From the NCBI RefSeq assembly GCF_037042905.1, contig NC_087263.1, forward strand, positions 6,572,001 to 6,636,000: a stretch of 64,000 nt of DNA. Reading direction: 5' to 3'. Made by a program: the position numbers and the translations under genes. Position 1 is the stretch's first letter. Every line of letters starts with the position of its first letter. This DNA is from Lytechinus pictus. Its lineage: Eukaryota. Of the stretch, positions 25,711 through 37,729 are shown piece after piece. Below the pieces are notes generated by a model. It was given only the letters and a program-made list of their open reading frames with translations. It ran no database searches and was not told the DNA's origin.

Positions 25711-26454
25711 ATTGTCTGGAGCGGATGAAAACGGATGGAGCCACCTCGAACTTTTGCTTGTCCGCTGTATTCGTTATGGATACGTTTTGTGTCCGTCGGC
25801 AAGTGGGACCAGGCCTTTAAAGGCCTGGTCCCACTGCACTTACGGATGCAAACCGGAAGTAAAGCGTGACAAAATCTTGCCATCCGTTGGAAACCGCTAT
25901 GCATCCGTTGTGTACTCATCGAGCATCCATCCACTGTGATTTCATCCGCGCACAAGGTTATGAGCTGCACAAAACTTTTAGAACGGATGATCTTTCCGCC
26001 GCGTACGACGTAAATCCGCAACAATACGAGAACCGGCCAACCTTCCATCTCCGTTAAACATCTGCTGTTCCTTTCTACATCTTCTGGGAATCCTCGAAAC
26101 TCATATTCACGGAAAGAGGGAGGAAAGATAAGGTACATGGAACGTCTATATATCGTTAGTAGCGCGGAAATGGAGAGGATGTATGCATCTCGTATATAAA
26201 GTCTTCAAAACCCCCGGTAACACCTTCGGAGAAGCCATCCACTTCCATCTAGACCGGGGGCTTGGAGAGTTTATTCAGCTGATCGGGTACATAAGGTTTG
26301 ATGGTCCCATCATGTTGGCATGATATCAGTGGTCAAGAAAATGTGTTGCTGCCGGGTCATATCCTGTAAGGAAAGCCCAGAGGACGCCATTTTTGTCGGC
26401 TATATTGGATTTTTCATGAAAATCAAATATTTTCAGATTTTGCACAGACAATTG

Positions 26455-26770
26455 AGATAATCAAAACACACCTTGTGCAGAGAAATGTCCTCCAGAACAG
26501 CTGGATCCTCAGTCGAGGTCCTCCTGCCAGCCATTTCGGCCCATTATCCTCGATATGGCTATGTGGCAGGAGGCGGGCCAGCAGCATCAAGACAAGATGC
26601 CACCTCCAGCTGCTTGTTTGGTAAGTTGGCTTTATATTTATTCCAAATCCAGGCTGAGGACCTTGTGGCGATCTCCATTAAGTCCAAAGCCAGCTTCCTT
26701 CTGTTGGTTGTCCCCATTCTTGAGAGGAAGAAATGGAGAGACTTTGTCGCATAACCTCTGCAGCCAATAA
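26455..26770 (-). mobile_element. 3' fragment of an R2-group (HERO-like) non-LTR retrotransposon: restriction-like endonuclease C-terminus plus 3' UTR
   Basis: Peptide IGCRGYATKSL.FFLSRMG...LMEIATRSSAWIW resembles the EVGCRGF...AE..S.W.W motif of HERO-type RLE domains (recognised from memory). Confidence 0.7.
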
Positions 26771-29152
26771 ATACGCATTTCACAATGATTTAGATTGTAG
26801 AAATCAATTGCAATCGTTTTCTGGACAGTCCGGTTAATAATTTTATTTAAAAAAACGAGAATTTATGCAAATTTTGTTTATGTTTTTGGTCAAAAATTGC
26901 ACGTGCATTGATATCTTTCTGTTTTGTCATTTATACAACTAATGCAAAATACGAATGCAAACCGGATGTAAAGTGTAAAAAAAATCTTGCCATCCGTTGG
27001 AAAATGCTATGCATCCGTTGTGTATTCATTGCATACGTGTTACATATGCTCTACCCATCGAGCATCCATCCGGTGTGATTTCATCCGCGCACAAAGTTTT
27101 GAGCTGCACAAAACTTTTAGAACGGAACAATCCGCAACATTACGAGAAACCAACGTCCCATCTCCGTTATCATCCGTTGAACGTCGGCTGTTTCCTCTCT
27201 GCATCTTCTGGGAATCCTCGAAAATCATATTAACGGAAAGAGGGAGAAAAGACAAGGCACATGGAACGTCTATATATCGTTAGTAGCGCGGAAATGGAGA
27301 GGATGTATTCATCTCGTATATAAAGTCATCAAAACCCCGGCAACGCCTTCGACTCATCCACTTATATCCCCTTTCATCCGCTAGGCATGCGATGAACATC
27401 CGTTTAAGATCCCCGCTAAATAATACCAACGTCCGTTATTTTCCGTTATGTTTTCGGCAAATTTTCGCTAATATTGTCCACTTCTGGAGCGGATTGAAAC
27501 GGATGAAGCCCCCCCCCCCCCCCCATCTCCACGAAAGTTTGCTTGTCCGCTGTGTTCTTTAGATACGGTCTGCATGCATCAGCCAGTGGATGAGGCCTTA
27601 AGTAAATAATGGTTTTTCAGTATATCCAAGGAGATATCATAACTTGAAAGTGTCTGCACGTATACCTGTATGCATTTTTCTTCTTTGTGTATATTGTTTT
27701 CATCAATAGGAACAATAATAAATTCAGCATGAATGAATGTTCAGTATTATTTTTCCCAATATGACGTTTGGAATGTTAACATATGCCTTTAATCAAAAAT
27801 AATAATGTCATCTTGTACCCATGAGAGCCACTTCAGTAAAAAAAAATGTTCTCCCAGCGGGCCCTGCTTAACATGATTACCCGGCAAAGATCGAAATTGC
27901 ACTACTCAAAAGTAGAAAATGATCGCTCTCTGAAATCGATCCGCCATCAAGGTCCTCGAATATGGAATTCTTTGAATGTCAATGTTACATCATGTAGCTA
28001 CTTAAACTGTTTTAAACGAAAGAATGTAAGTCAAGCTTGCTATCCTCTTTTAGTCATTAATTTGTCTTGGCCAGGGGACGCGTCCCCATACCAAAAATAC
28101 TAGGGGGACACAATATCAAATGTCCCCCTACTATTTTTGGTCTGTTATGATGGAGAAAAATACATCATTCACAATCGAAATAATACCTGTATTTTGGACT
28201 AAATGACCTAACATTTTGAATGAAAACCTTGGCTTTTTTGTTTTTGTTTTTATTTTTGCTTGTCAATTTTATTTGGGTAAAAATGACCTTACGTTTTGGG
28301 TGCTAAGCTTTTTTTTTTTTTTTTTGCTTGTCAAATTTTCCAGCCCCTTTTCCCCCTACCCTTTGGCATAGATTTCCCGGCGCCCACGTTCCTTCAAGGT
28401 ATGTACATGCATATTTGATATTCCTACCCCCCCCCCCCCCAATCCCTGTGTGAATGACTTTGTGATGTGAATTTATTTTCTTTTTTGTTATCACCAATCT
28501 CCGGGCGCCAAGCTAGAAAACGACAAGACCATTTTAATAAATTTGTAGAATGATTCAGCCTCTATTTGATCTAACTGACCTCCAGTTAATGAGGCCGGTG
28601 ATTACCTATCATTATTATTAAGCATTTCCCGCCATATCAAACGTACCTGAAGAACGAATATAGAAGAAAAAAATTGCTAATGGTTTTGTTTAATATTTTA
28701 CAGATGCAACGAACCAGGTTTTATGGAAATTTTGTATAACTATCAAGAAAGTCTGCTTTGATTGACAGTGCCGATAATTGAAGAAATTTCACAGTTTGTC
28801 AAAAGGAAACAAACTGGTGGGTTCAGAACAAATACGTATAAGCAACCAGTCTTTATATGAAACTCTCTCGTCGATGTTTGATAGTTGAGTGACACCTGAG
28901 CCATTACCACAATTTGGAGACCCAATTTCAAACCAGACTCGTCAAAAGACAGAATACATCAGCGAGTGTATACTGACTTTTATACCGACTGAAACCCTGC
29001 AGATCGGCAGAACGTTGAAAACGTGCATGTCCTGGCCTGGCATACTGTTCTATACCGGACAAAAACAAATAAGCTATTGAGCTGTAAAGGAATAAAGTAA
29101 ACCCAGTAACGATTATTAAATCTTAAATCCCTGATTAGATAGCTCAATCGAA

Positions 29153-30457
29153 ATGGAAAACACGAGAGATATTCATCATAACACCTCGAGCTGTTGCGAG
29201 GATCGAGATTTGTATGATATAAGTGTACATTCCGTGCATTCGATTGCGTGGCTAGCCACTGTCCCTTTGACTCTTTCGATAATTATCGCAGTCACTGTAG
29301 TGGGGAACGCGATGGTGATTGCAGCTTACTTTCGGGACAAACGCATCAGGAATAATGTAGCGAACCTCCTCATCTTAAACCTTGCAATAACAGACTTTGT
29401 CGTCGGTGCTTTCATCATTTCCTTCGACACTGCCTGGATCATCAAGGACGTCTGGACCTATGGAGAAGTGTTCTGCAAAATCTGGCTAGAAGTTGATTTC
29501 GTAGTCACCATGATGTCTTTGCTCACCATGGTACTCATCAGCTGGGATCGTTACTGTCTCCTGACGATGGGGATGCGGTACAAAACATTCCAAACGAAAA
29601 AGCGTATCTGCGTGATCCTTGCCATTTCTTGGACAATTGTTAGCCTGATATACACATTCCTTGCTTTCGCATGGAGTCCCATTACCGGTGAATATAACGT
29701 AGATTATTCACAAAACTGTGAAATGGAATTTGTATACAACCTGGTCGCAACGATCGTCATCAACATTTGCGGATTCTTCATTCCATTTACTATCTTAATT
29801 ATCCTTAACATTGCTGTGTACAGTAACATAAAACGAAGGTCTAGGGGTACCGTCGGCCAAAGCCCTTCAAGTTCAATAAATCCGTCGGCTAGGTCATCAA
29901 AGAGAAGCGTTGGGCCTCGATCTCCAAGGAGGGTAGACTACCGTCATCCCGACGGTCCATTTGGCCCAGTAGCAGATTCACCTAGCCGCGGTGGTGATGC
30001 TGCTGCAGCAAATGTAACTACCGAGACTACTGACAACCTCGCAGATGGAGAAAACCCCATCACAAAAAAACTGTCAAATGAAAGAGCCTCTACTTCAAAG
30101 AAAGCAAGTCGAACATTTGCCAAGCATCGAAAAGCAGCCTTCGTGTTAGCCATCCTTATCGGCTGTTTCCTGCTCTGTTGGCTACCTTACCAAGTAACAA
30201 GCGTAATGTATGCAGTCTGTGATACCGATTGCGTCTCCACTCGTTTGTGGGAGGTCACGAATTTACTTCTTTGGTGTAACTCAACCATTAATCCCTTTAT
30301 CTATGCTGCTACTAATGTCCACTTTCGTCGGAACTTTAGGAAGTTTTTGTTGCTTGATCGTTGGGCTTGTAACTTTAAAAATTGTAAAATGAAATGTCAA
30401 AATGCAAATCAGATTCAGGTTGCCACTGGAAGCCTTAATGGCAGCACGGTTACCTAA
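29153..30457 (+). CDS. Class A aminergic GPCR, histamine H3/H4-like, copy B2 (434 aa)
   Basis: Paralog of B1 with intact ORF; GFFIPF (G5.46). Confidence 0.95.
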   Translation: MENTRDIHHNTSSCCEDRDLYDISVHSVHSIAWLATVPLTLSIIIAVTVVGNAMVIAAYFRDKRIRNNVANLLILNLAITDFVVGAFIISFDTAWIIKDVWTYGEVFCKIWLEVDFVVTMMSLLTMVLISWDRYCLLTMGMRYKTFQTKKRICVILAISWTIVSLIYTFLAFAWSPITGEYNVDYSQNCEMEFVYNLVATIVINICGFFIPFTILIILNIAVYSNIKRRSRGTVGQSPSSSINPSARSSKRSVGPRSPRRVDYRHPDGPFGPVADSPSRGGDAAAANVTTETTDNLADGENPITKKLSNERASTSKKASRTFAKHRKAAFVLAILIGCFLLCWLPYQVTSVMYAVCDTDCVSTRLWEVTNLLLWCNSTINPFIYAATNVHFRRNFRKFLLLDRWACNFKNCKMKCQNANQIQVATGSLNGSTVT

Positions 30458-30968
30458 TATCTGCAAAACGACCGTCTTCAATCTAGAGAGTTTCCTTGCA
30501 AACATGTCGGAAGGCCCAGACACGAAACTTTTGTCAATACAATTATCTGACTGCTGCACATGTTGCGCCTATGGCCCTGTCATGCCTGTGGTGGATATAA
30601 CATTTTAAAAATGAATGCTTTGGCACCAATGGCTCTTATAACGTGTATTAAGGCACAGGTAAACAATGATTTGACTTTTAAAAAATGAAAGCAGCTGAAA
30701 GATCCTACTTATCACCTGTGTCCGTGATATGTTAACAATGAAGCTAAGACAAGAAATTGTACCCGAAAAGTCCTTCAAAAGGGTGAAATGTAAATTGACC
30801 GGAAACACAATTTTTATTTCATGATGATGATGAGAACAGCATTTGTATAGCGCCATTTATCTGCAAAAAAACAACAACGACATTCAGAGGCGCCAGCTCT
30901 CCAATATGTCACACGTTATTACAAAAGTTGCAGGAAAAGAAGGGTCTTTATTTTAGATTTAAAGGTCC

Positions 30969-31939
30969 TACTGCACTTACGGATGTAGAGAGGATGTAAA
31001 ACAGGAAATAATCTTGCCATCCGTTGGAAAACGTTATGTATCCGCTGTGTACCCTTTGCATACGTGTTTCATACGCTCTTTATGCATCGAGCATCCGTCC
31101 ACTGTGATTTCATTGTTCGCACATTTAGCAGTTTTGTCAATTGTCTGGAGCGGATGAAAACGGATGGAGCCACCTCGAAATTTGGCTTGTCCGCTGTATC
31201 CGTTATGAATACGTTTTGTGTCCGTTGGCCAGTGGGACCAGGCCTTTAAAGGCCTGGTCCCACTGCAATTACGCATGCAAACCGTATGTAAAGCGTAAAA
31301 AATCTTGCCATCCGTTGGAAAACGCTATGCATCCGATGTGTACTCATTGCAAACGTGTTACATACGCTCTACCCATCGAGCATCCACCCACTGTGATTTT
31401 ATCTGCGTACAAAGTTTTGAGCTGCACAAAACTTTTAGAACGGATGAACGTTCGCCGTGTACGACGTAAATCCGCAACATTACGAGAAACAAACATCCAA
31501 TCTCCGTTATCATCCGTTAAACGTCCGTTGTTTCTCTCTGTATCTTTTGGGAATCCTTGAAGCTCATATTCACTGCAGCGGAACACCGGAAAGAGGGAGG
31601 AAAGATAAGGTACATTGAGCACGGAAATAGAGAGGATGTTAAAGCGTATGCATCTCGTATAAAGTATTCAAACCTCTCCGGTAACACCTTCGGAGGAGCT
31701 ATCCACTTTCATCACCTTTCATCCGCTAGGCATCCGATAAACATCCGTTTAACATCCCCGCTTAATTATACCAACGTCCGTTATTTTCCGTTATGTTTTC
31801 GGCAAATTTTCGATAATTTTGTCAATTTCTGGAGCGGATAGAAACGGATGAAGCCCCCCCCCCCCCACCCCCTCTCTCTGAAAGTTTGCTCGTCCGATGT
31901 GTCCTTTATTGATACGGTCTGCATCCACCGACGAGGCCT
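30969..31939. mobile_element. Same Harbinger-like element pair in the B2 unit (junction TTAA at 31246-31249)
   Basis: gtgggaccaggcct-ttaa-aggcctggtcccac junction; lacks the B1 nested inserts. Confidence 0.7.
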
Positions 31940-32412
31940 TTAGTAAATAATGGTTTTTCAGTATATCCGAGGAGATATTTTATCTTGAAAGTGTCTGCAC
32001 GTATCCATGTATGCATTTTTTTCTTCTTTGTGTATTTTTTTTAATCAATAAGAACAATAATAAATTCAGCATGAATGAATGTTCAGTATTATTTTTTCCA
32101 ATATGATGTTTGTAATGTTAACATGCGCCTTTAATCAATAATAATAATGTCATATTGTACCCATGAGAGCCACTTCAGTTCCAAAAACTGTTCTCCCTGC
32201 GGGCCCTGCTTAACATGATTACCCGGCAAAGATCAAAATTGCACTACTCAAAAGAAGAAAATGATCGCTCTCTGAAATTGATCCGCCATCAAGGTCCTCG
32301 AATATGGAATTCTTTGAATGTCAATGTTACATCATGTAGCTTCTTAAACTGTTTTAAACGAAAGAATGTAAGTCAAGCTTGCTATCCTCTTATAGTCATT
32401 AATTTGTCCTCA

Positions 32413-32751
32413 CATGGGCGGAAATCCCAGAAAGGCCAGGGGACGCGTCCCCCTACCAAAAATAGTAGGGGGACACAATATCAAATGTCCCCCTACTATT
32501 TTTGGTCTGTTATGATGGAGAAAACTACATCATTCACAATCGAAAAAATACCTGTATTTTGGACTAAATGACCTTATATTTTGAATGAAAACCTTGGCTT
32601 TTTTGTTTTGTTTTTATTTTTGCTTGTCAATTTTATTTGGGTTAAAATGACCTTACATTTTGGGTGCTAACCTTTTTTTTTTTTTTTGGCTTGTCAAATT
32701 TTCCAGCCCCTGGTTCCCCTTTCCTTTGGCATAGATTTCCCGGCGCCCATG
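32413..32751. mobile_element. hAT-type MITE of the same family as 22144-22499 (5'-eroded counterpart at ~28068-28390)
   Basis: CATGGGCGGAAATC...GATTTCCCGGCGCCCATG. It interrupts the LINE fragment that is uninterrupted at ~36310. Confidence 0.75.
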
Positions 32752-33507
32752 TTCCTTCAATGTATGTACATGCATATTTGATATTCCTACCCCCCCTCCC
32801 CCCATCCCTGTGTGAATGACTTTGTGATGTGAATTTATTTTCTTTTTTGTTATTACCAATCTCCGGGCGCCAAGCTAGAAAACGACAAGACCATTTTAAT
32901 AAATTTGTAGAATGATTCAGCCTCTATTTGATCTAACTGACCTCCAGTTAATGAGGCCGGCGATTACCTATCATTATCATTAAGCATTTTCTGCCATATC
33001 AAACGTACCGGAATAAGGAATTTACAAAAAAAAAATGCTAATGGTTTTGTTTAATATTTTACAGATGCAACGAACCAGGTTCTATGGAAATCTTGGATAT
33101 CTATCATGAGTCTGTTTTGATTGACAGTTCCGATACTTGAGGAAATTTCAGTTTGTCAAACGGAAACAAATTGGTGGGTTCAGAACAAATACGTATAAGT
33201 AACCAGTCTTTATATGAAACTCTCTCGTCGATGTTTGACTATTAAGTGATACCTGAGCCATTACCACAAATTGGAGACCAAATTTCAAACCGGACTCGTC
33301 ATAAGACAGAATACGTCGCGAGTGTATACTGACTTTGATATCGACTGAAACCCTGCAGATCGACAGAACGTTGAAAGCGTACATGTCCTGCCCTGACTAG
33401 TGTTCCATACCGGACAAAAACAAATAAGCTTTTAAGAACTAAAATGATTAAGTAAGTCCAGTATCAATTATTCAATCTTAAATCCCTGATTTGATGGCTT
33501 AATCGAA

Positions 33508-34812
33508 ATGGAAAACACGAGTGATACTCATCGAAACACCTCCAGCTGCTGCGAAGATCAAGATTTGTACGATATAAGTGAACATCCCATGCATTCGATT
33601 GCATGGCTCGCCACTGTCCCTTTGACTCTTTCGATAATAATCGCGGTCACTGTAGTGGGGAACGCGATGGTGATTACAGCTTACTTTTGGGACAAACGCA
33701 TCAGGAATAATGTAGCGAACCTCTTCATCTTAAACCTTGCAATAACAGACTTTGTCGTCGGTGCTTTCATCATTTCGATTAACACTGCCTGGATCATGAA
33801 GGACGTCTGGGCCTATGGAGAAGTGTTCTGCAAAATCTGGCTAGACGTCGATTTCGTAGTTACCATGATGTCTACGCTCACCATGGTACTCATCAGCTGG
33901 GACCGTTACTGTCTCCTGACGATGGGGATGCGGTATAAAACATTCCAAACGAAAAAGCGTATTTGCGTGATCCTTGCCATTTCTTGGACAATTCATATTC
34001 TGATATACACATTCCTTGCTTTTGCATGGAGTCCCATTACCGGTGAATATAACGTAGATTATTCACAAAACTGTGAAATGGAGTTTACATACAACCTGGT
34101 CGCAACGATCGTCATCAACATTTTTGGATTCTTCATTCCATTTGCTATCTTAATTATCCTTAACATTGCTGTGTACAGTAACATAAAACGAAGGTCCAGG
34201 GGTACCGTCGGCCAAAGCACTTCAAGTTCAATAAATACGTCGGCTAGGTCACCAAAGAAAAGCTTTGGGCCTAGATCTCCAAGGAGGATAAACTACCGTC
34301 ATCCCGACGGTCCATCTGGCCCAGTAGCAGTCTCGCCTAGCCGCGGTGGTGATGCTACTGCAGCAAATGTAACTACCGAGCTTACTGACAACCGCGCAGG
34401 TGGAGAAAACCCCCTCACAAGAGAACTGTCAAATGAAAGAACCTCTACTTCAAAGAAAGCAGGTCGAACATTCGCTAGGCATCGAAAAGCAGCCTTCGTG
34501 TTAGCAATCCTTATCGGCTGTTTCATTCTCTGTTGGTTACCCTACCAAGTAACAAGCGTCATGTATGCAGTTTGTGATACCGATTGCGTCTCCACTCGTT
34601 TGTGGGAGGTCGCGAATTTACTTCTTTGGTGTAACTCAACCATTAATCCCTTTATCTATGCTGCTACTAATGTCCACTTTCGTCGGAACTTTAGGAAGTT
34701 TTTGTTGCTTGATCGTTGGGCTTGTGACTTTAAAAATTGTAAAATGAAATGTCAAAATGCAAATCAGATTCAGGTTGCCACTGGAAGCCTTAATGACAGC
34801 ACGGTTACCTAA
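33508..34812 (+). CDS. Class A aminergic GPCR, histamine H3/H4-like, copy B3 (434 aa)
   Basis: Paralog of B1/B2 with intact ORF; GFFIPF (G5.46). Confidence 0.95.
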   Translation: MENTSDTHRNTSSCCEDQDLYDISEHPMHSIAWLATVPLTLSIIIAVTVVGNAMVITAYFWDKRIRNNVANLFILNLAITDFVVGAFIISINTAWIMKDVWAYGEVFCKIWLDVDFVVTMMSTLTMVLISWDRYCLLTMGMRYKTFQTKKRICVILAISWTIHILIYTFLAFAWSPITGEYNVDYSQNCEMEFTYNLVATIVINIFGFFIPFAILIILNIAVYSNIKRRSRGTVGQSTSSSINTSARSPKKSFGPRSPRRINYRHPDGPSGPVAVSPSRGGDATAANVTTELTDNRAGGENPLTRELSNERTSTSKKAGRTFARHRKAAFVLAILIGCFILCWLPYQVTSVMYAVCDTDCVSTRLWEVANLLLWCNSTINPFIYAATNVHFRRNFRKFLLLDRWACDFKNCKMKCQNANQIQVATGSLNDSTVT

Positions 34813-35104
34813 TATCTGCAAACGAGCGTCTTCGATCTAGAGAGTTTCCTTGGAAACATGTCGGAAGGCCCAGACAAGAAACTTTTGTCAATACAATCAG
34901 ACTTCTGCACATCTTGCGCTTATGACCCTGTCATGCCTGTGGTGGATATAAAAAAATGAATTGGCACCAATGGCTCTTATAACGTCTATTAAGGCACAGG
35001 TAAACAATGATTTGACTTTAAAAAAAAAGCAGCTGAAAGATCCCATTTATCACCTGTGTCCGTGATATGTTATAACAATAAAGCCCAGAAAATAAATCGT
35101 ACCC

Positions 35105-35865
35105 GAAATTTGGCTTGTCCGCTGTATCCGTTATGAATAAGTTTTGTGTCCGTCGGCTAGTGGACAAGGCCTTTAAAGGCCTGGTCCAACTGCACTTACG
35201 CATGCAAACCGGATGTAAAGCGTGAAAAAAACTTGCCATCCGTTGGAAAACGCTATGCATCCGTTGTGTACTCATCGCAAACGTGTTACATACGCTCTAC
35301 CCATCGAGCATCCATCCACTGTGATTTCATCCGCGTACAGAGTTTTGAGCTGCACAAAACTTTTAGAACGGATGAACGTTCCGCCGTGTACGATGTAAAT
35401 CCACAAAACTACGAGAAACCAACGTCCCATCTCCGTTATCCGTTAAACGTCCGCTGTTTCTCTCTGCATCTTCTGGGAATCCTCGAAACTCATATTCACT
35501 GCAGCGGAACAACGGAAAGAGGGATGAGAGATAAGGTACATGGAACGTCTATATATCGTTAGTAGCGCGGAAATAGAGAGGATGTATGCATCTCGTCTAT
35601 AAAGTCTTTAAAACCCCCGGTAACGCCTTTGGAGCAGCCATCCACTTCCATCCCATTTCATCTGCTAGGCATCTGATGAACATCCGTTTAACATCCCGCT
35701 AAATACTACCGACGTCCGTTATTTAACGTTATGTTTTCGGCAAATTTTCGCTAATTTTGTCCATTTCTGGAGCGGATGAAAACGGTTGAAGCCCCCCCCC
35801 CCCGAAATTTTGCTTGTCTACTGTGACCCTTAGAGATACGTTCTGCATCCAGTGGGACGAGGCCT
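35105..35865. mobile_element. Same Harbinger-like element pair in the B3 unit (first element mostly deleted)
   Basis: Junction at 35173-35176; second element 35177-35865. Confidence 0.7.
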
Positions 35866-36109
35866 TTAGTAAATTATTTTTTTCAGTTTATCTTGAAAGT
35901 GTCTGCACGTATACATGTTTTTTTTTTCTTCTTTGTGTATGTTTTCTCATCAATAAGAACAATAATAAATCCAGCATGAATTAATGTTCAGTATTATTTT
36001 TTTTCCAATTATGACGTTTGCAATGTTAACATGCGCCTTTAATCAATAATAATAATGTCATATTTTATCCATGGTAGCCACTTCAGTTCCAAAAACTGTT
36101 CTCCCAGCG

Positions 36110-36675
36110 GGCCCTGCTTAACATAATTACCCGGCAAAGATCGAAATTGCGCTACTCAAAAGTAGAAAATGATCGCTCTCTGAAATTGATCAGTCATCAA
36201 GGTCCTCGAATATGGAATTCTTTGAATGCCAATGTCACATCATGTTGCTACTTACACTGTATTAAAGGAAGTGTAAGTCAAGCTTGCTATCCACTTATAG
36301 TCATTAATTTGTTTTCCTACAATGTATGCTCATTCATATTATACCCCCCCCCCCCTCCATGTGTGATTGACTTTGTGGTGTGATTTTTTTTCTTCATTTT
36401 TTTTCCTTCTGTTTGTTGAGATTCTTTTGTCTTTTGTGAACACAGTTCACCTATTTTTCTTACTGGGGTAGCGTTTTAACCCACAGGCGTTGCCCTTTAG
36501 TTCCCCCTTTTCCACATCGACTTTGTACATGAATGATTTATGGAATGCATTTGTCATCTACTGTATTTAAATATGTTTATTTCTAATGATTTGAATTGCA
36601 TTTATATGATCTTTTGTGTTGTAGATTTGTAAAGTTTGAATGTGTTGGAAATAAAGACATTGAATTGCATTGAAA
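36110..36675 (+). mobile_element. CR1/L2-group LINE 3' fragment (interrupted copies at ~27860-28488 and ~32205-32850)
   Basis: Encodes RSLKxIxHQGPRIWNSLNxNVTSCxxLxCxK, a typical ORF2 C-terminus, then AATAAA plus (TTGAA)n at 36650-36675. Confidence 0.75.
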
Positions 36676-36998
36676 TTATTACCCCGGCTTTAGCACGGCC
36701 TAATCAATGTTATGTTACAGCCCCACAAATTGACTGTAGATCAATAAAGAATGCCACGTTATTACCCATGGCAGATAATCGCTCGGCTTTGGAATCGGTT
36801 TGTTTTACATAATTACGAAAAATTATTTGTGACTCGTTTAAGAAATGTTCCAAGTGAATATAACCATATAAATTTTTTTTTCTTCGATACAATTTGGTCA
36901 CATTCTATGAAAATTATATGTAATGGCACATGTTTATAATCTTATTTCAATACCTCGCTTCCTCCCGCCTGCCTGCAGTTTCCAAAGTTTACAATTAA

Positions 36999-37498
36999 AG
37001 GGGAAGTTCACCCTGACAAAAATTTTATTATAAAAATAGCAGAAAAAATTATTTAAAAAATAATTCCTAAGGTTTAAGAAAACTCGATCAAAGAATTAAA
37101 AAGTGATTAGAATTTCAATTATTTGATTTGTGACGTCATATGCGAGCCGCATTCCTACAAAGCGAATGGTAAATCATGAAATGTCCTTTTCTCAGAAAGT
37201 GGTAAATTATTTTTTACTGTACCTATTGTAAATCAATAGACAAATCGTTTCACACCCGATCATGAAAAGAAAACAAAAATAAGTCATCAGAAACCTTTAA
37301 AAAGTAAAATACATGCATTTTATATTACATGACATAGGGGGTAGCTGCTCATTTATGACGTCACAAATCCAAAACTTAGAATTCTAATAACTTTTTTAAT
37401 CCTTAACGGATTTTCCTCAAAATCTTCACCAATATTTGTTTTAATCATTTTTCTCTGCAATTTTTAGAATAAACTTTTCTTTAGGGTGGACCGCCCCT
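36999..37498. mobile_element. TTAA-flanked MITE (Kolobok/T2-like)
   Basis: ttaa|AGGGGAAGTTCACCCTGA ... TTAGGGTGGACCGCCCCT|ttaa, with long imperfect inverted arms including tgacgtca motifs. Confidence 0.8.
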
Positions 37499-37729
37499 TT
37501 AACTGGTAGCTACATGTATATACGCGACATATTTTTTTAAAAGAATATCGACCACTGTTTAGGACATATAATGTAAAAAACGGTAACCATGGTAACAATG
37601 CATTGACGTGACCCTTCTATTAGTCTAGATCTGGACGTTGGTACTTATTAGTTCGGAAAACCTAAATTCACTCATTGCATATGGTATACACACCAATACA
37701 CCAGTCCTTCCTCTTTTCCCCTTCCCTTA

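Larger units (their letters stand above)
24906..27598. mobile_element. Pair of adjacent PIF/Harbinger-like non-autonomous elements (24906-25816, 25821-27598) with nested insertions
   Basis: TIRs AGGCCTGGTCCCACTG / CAGTGGGACCAGGCCT, TTA/TAA/TTAA flanks, and many internal catccgtt/aacggatg motifs. The superfamily call is tentative; Kolobok also fits TTAA. Confidence 0.7.
22031..36400. repeat. Tandem triplication of the B-type GPCR unit (~22031-28490, ~28491-32852, ~32853-36400)
   Basis: Each unit starts near accaatct(a/c)cgggc(a/g)ccaagctagaaaacgac and carries the same upstream region, CDS, 3' flank, MITE pair and LINE fragment. Confidence 0.92.

Noticed and set aside
24878-35562. Recurrent 60-176 aa ORFs (RASIHCDFIR..., TRPLKAWSH...) as a transposase or new gene family
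   Set aside because: They lie in non-autonomous TIR elements, frames differ between copies, and there is no DDE motif.
1-36400. Tandem copies as pure assembly artefacts
   Set aside because: Copies differ by many substitutions, private insertions with TSDs and distinct junctions. Allelic haplotig duplication is unlikely, though only long reads can exclude it for the most similar segments.
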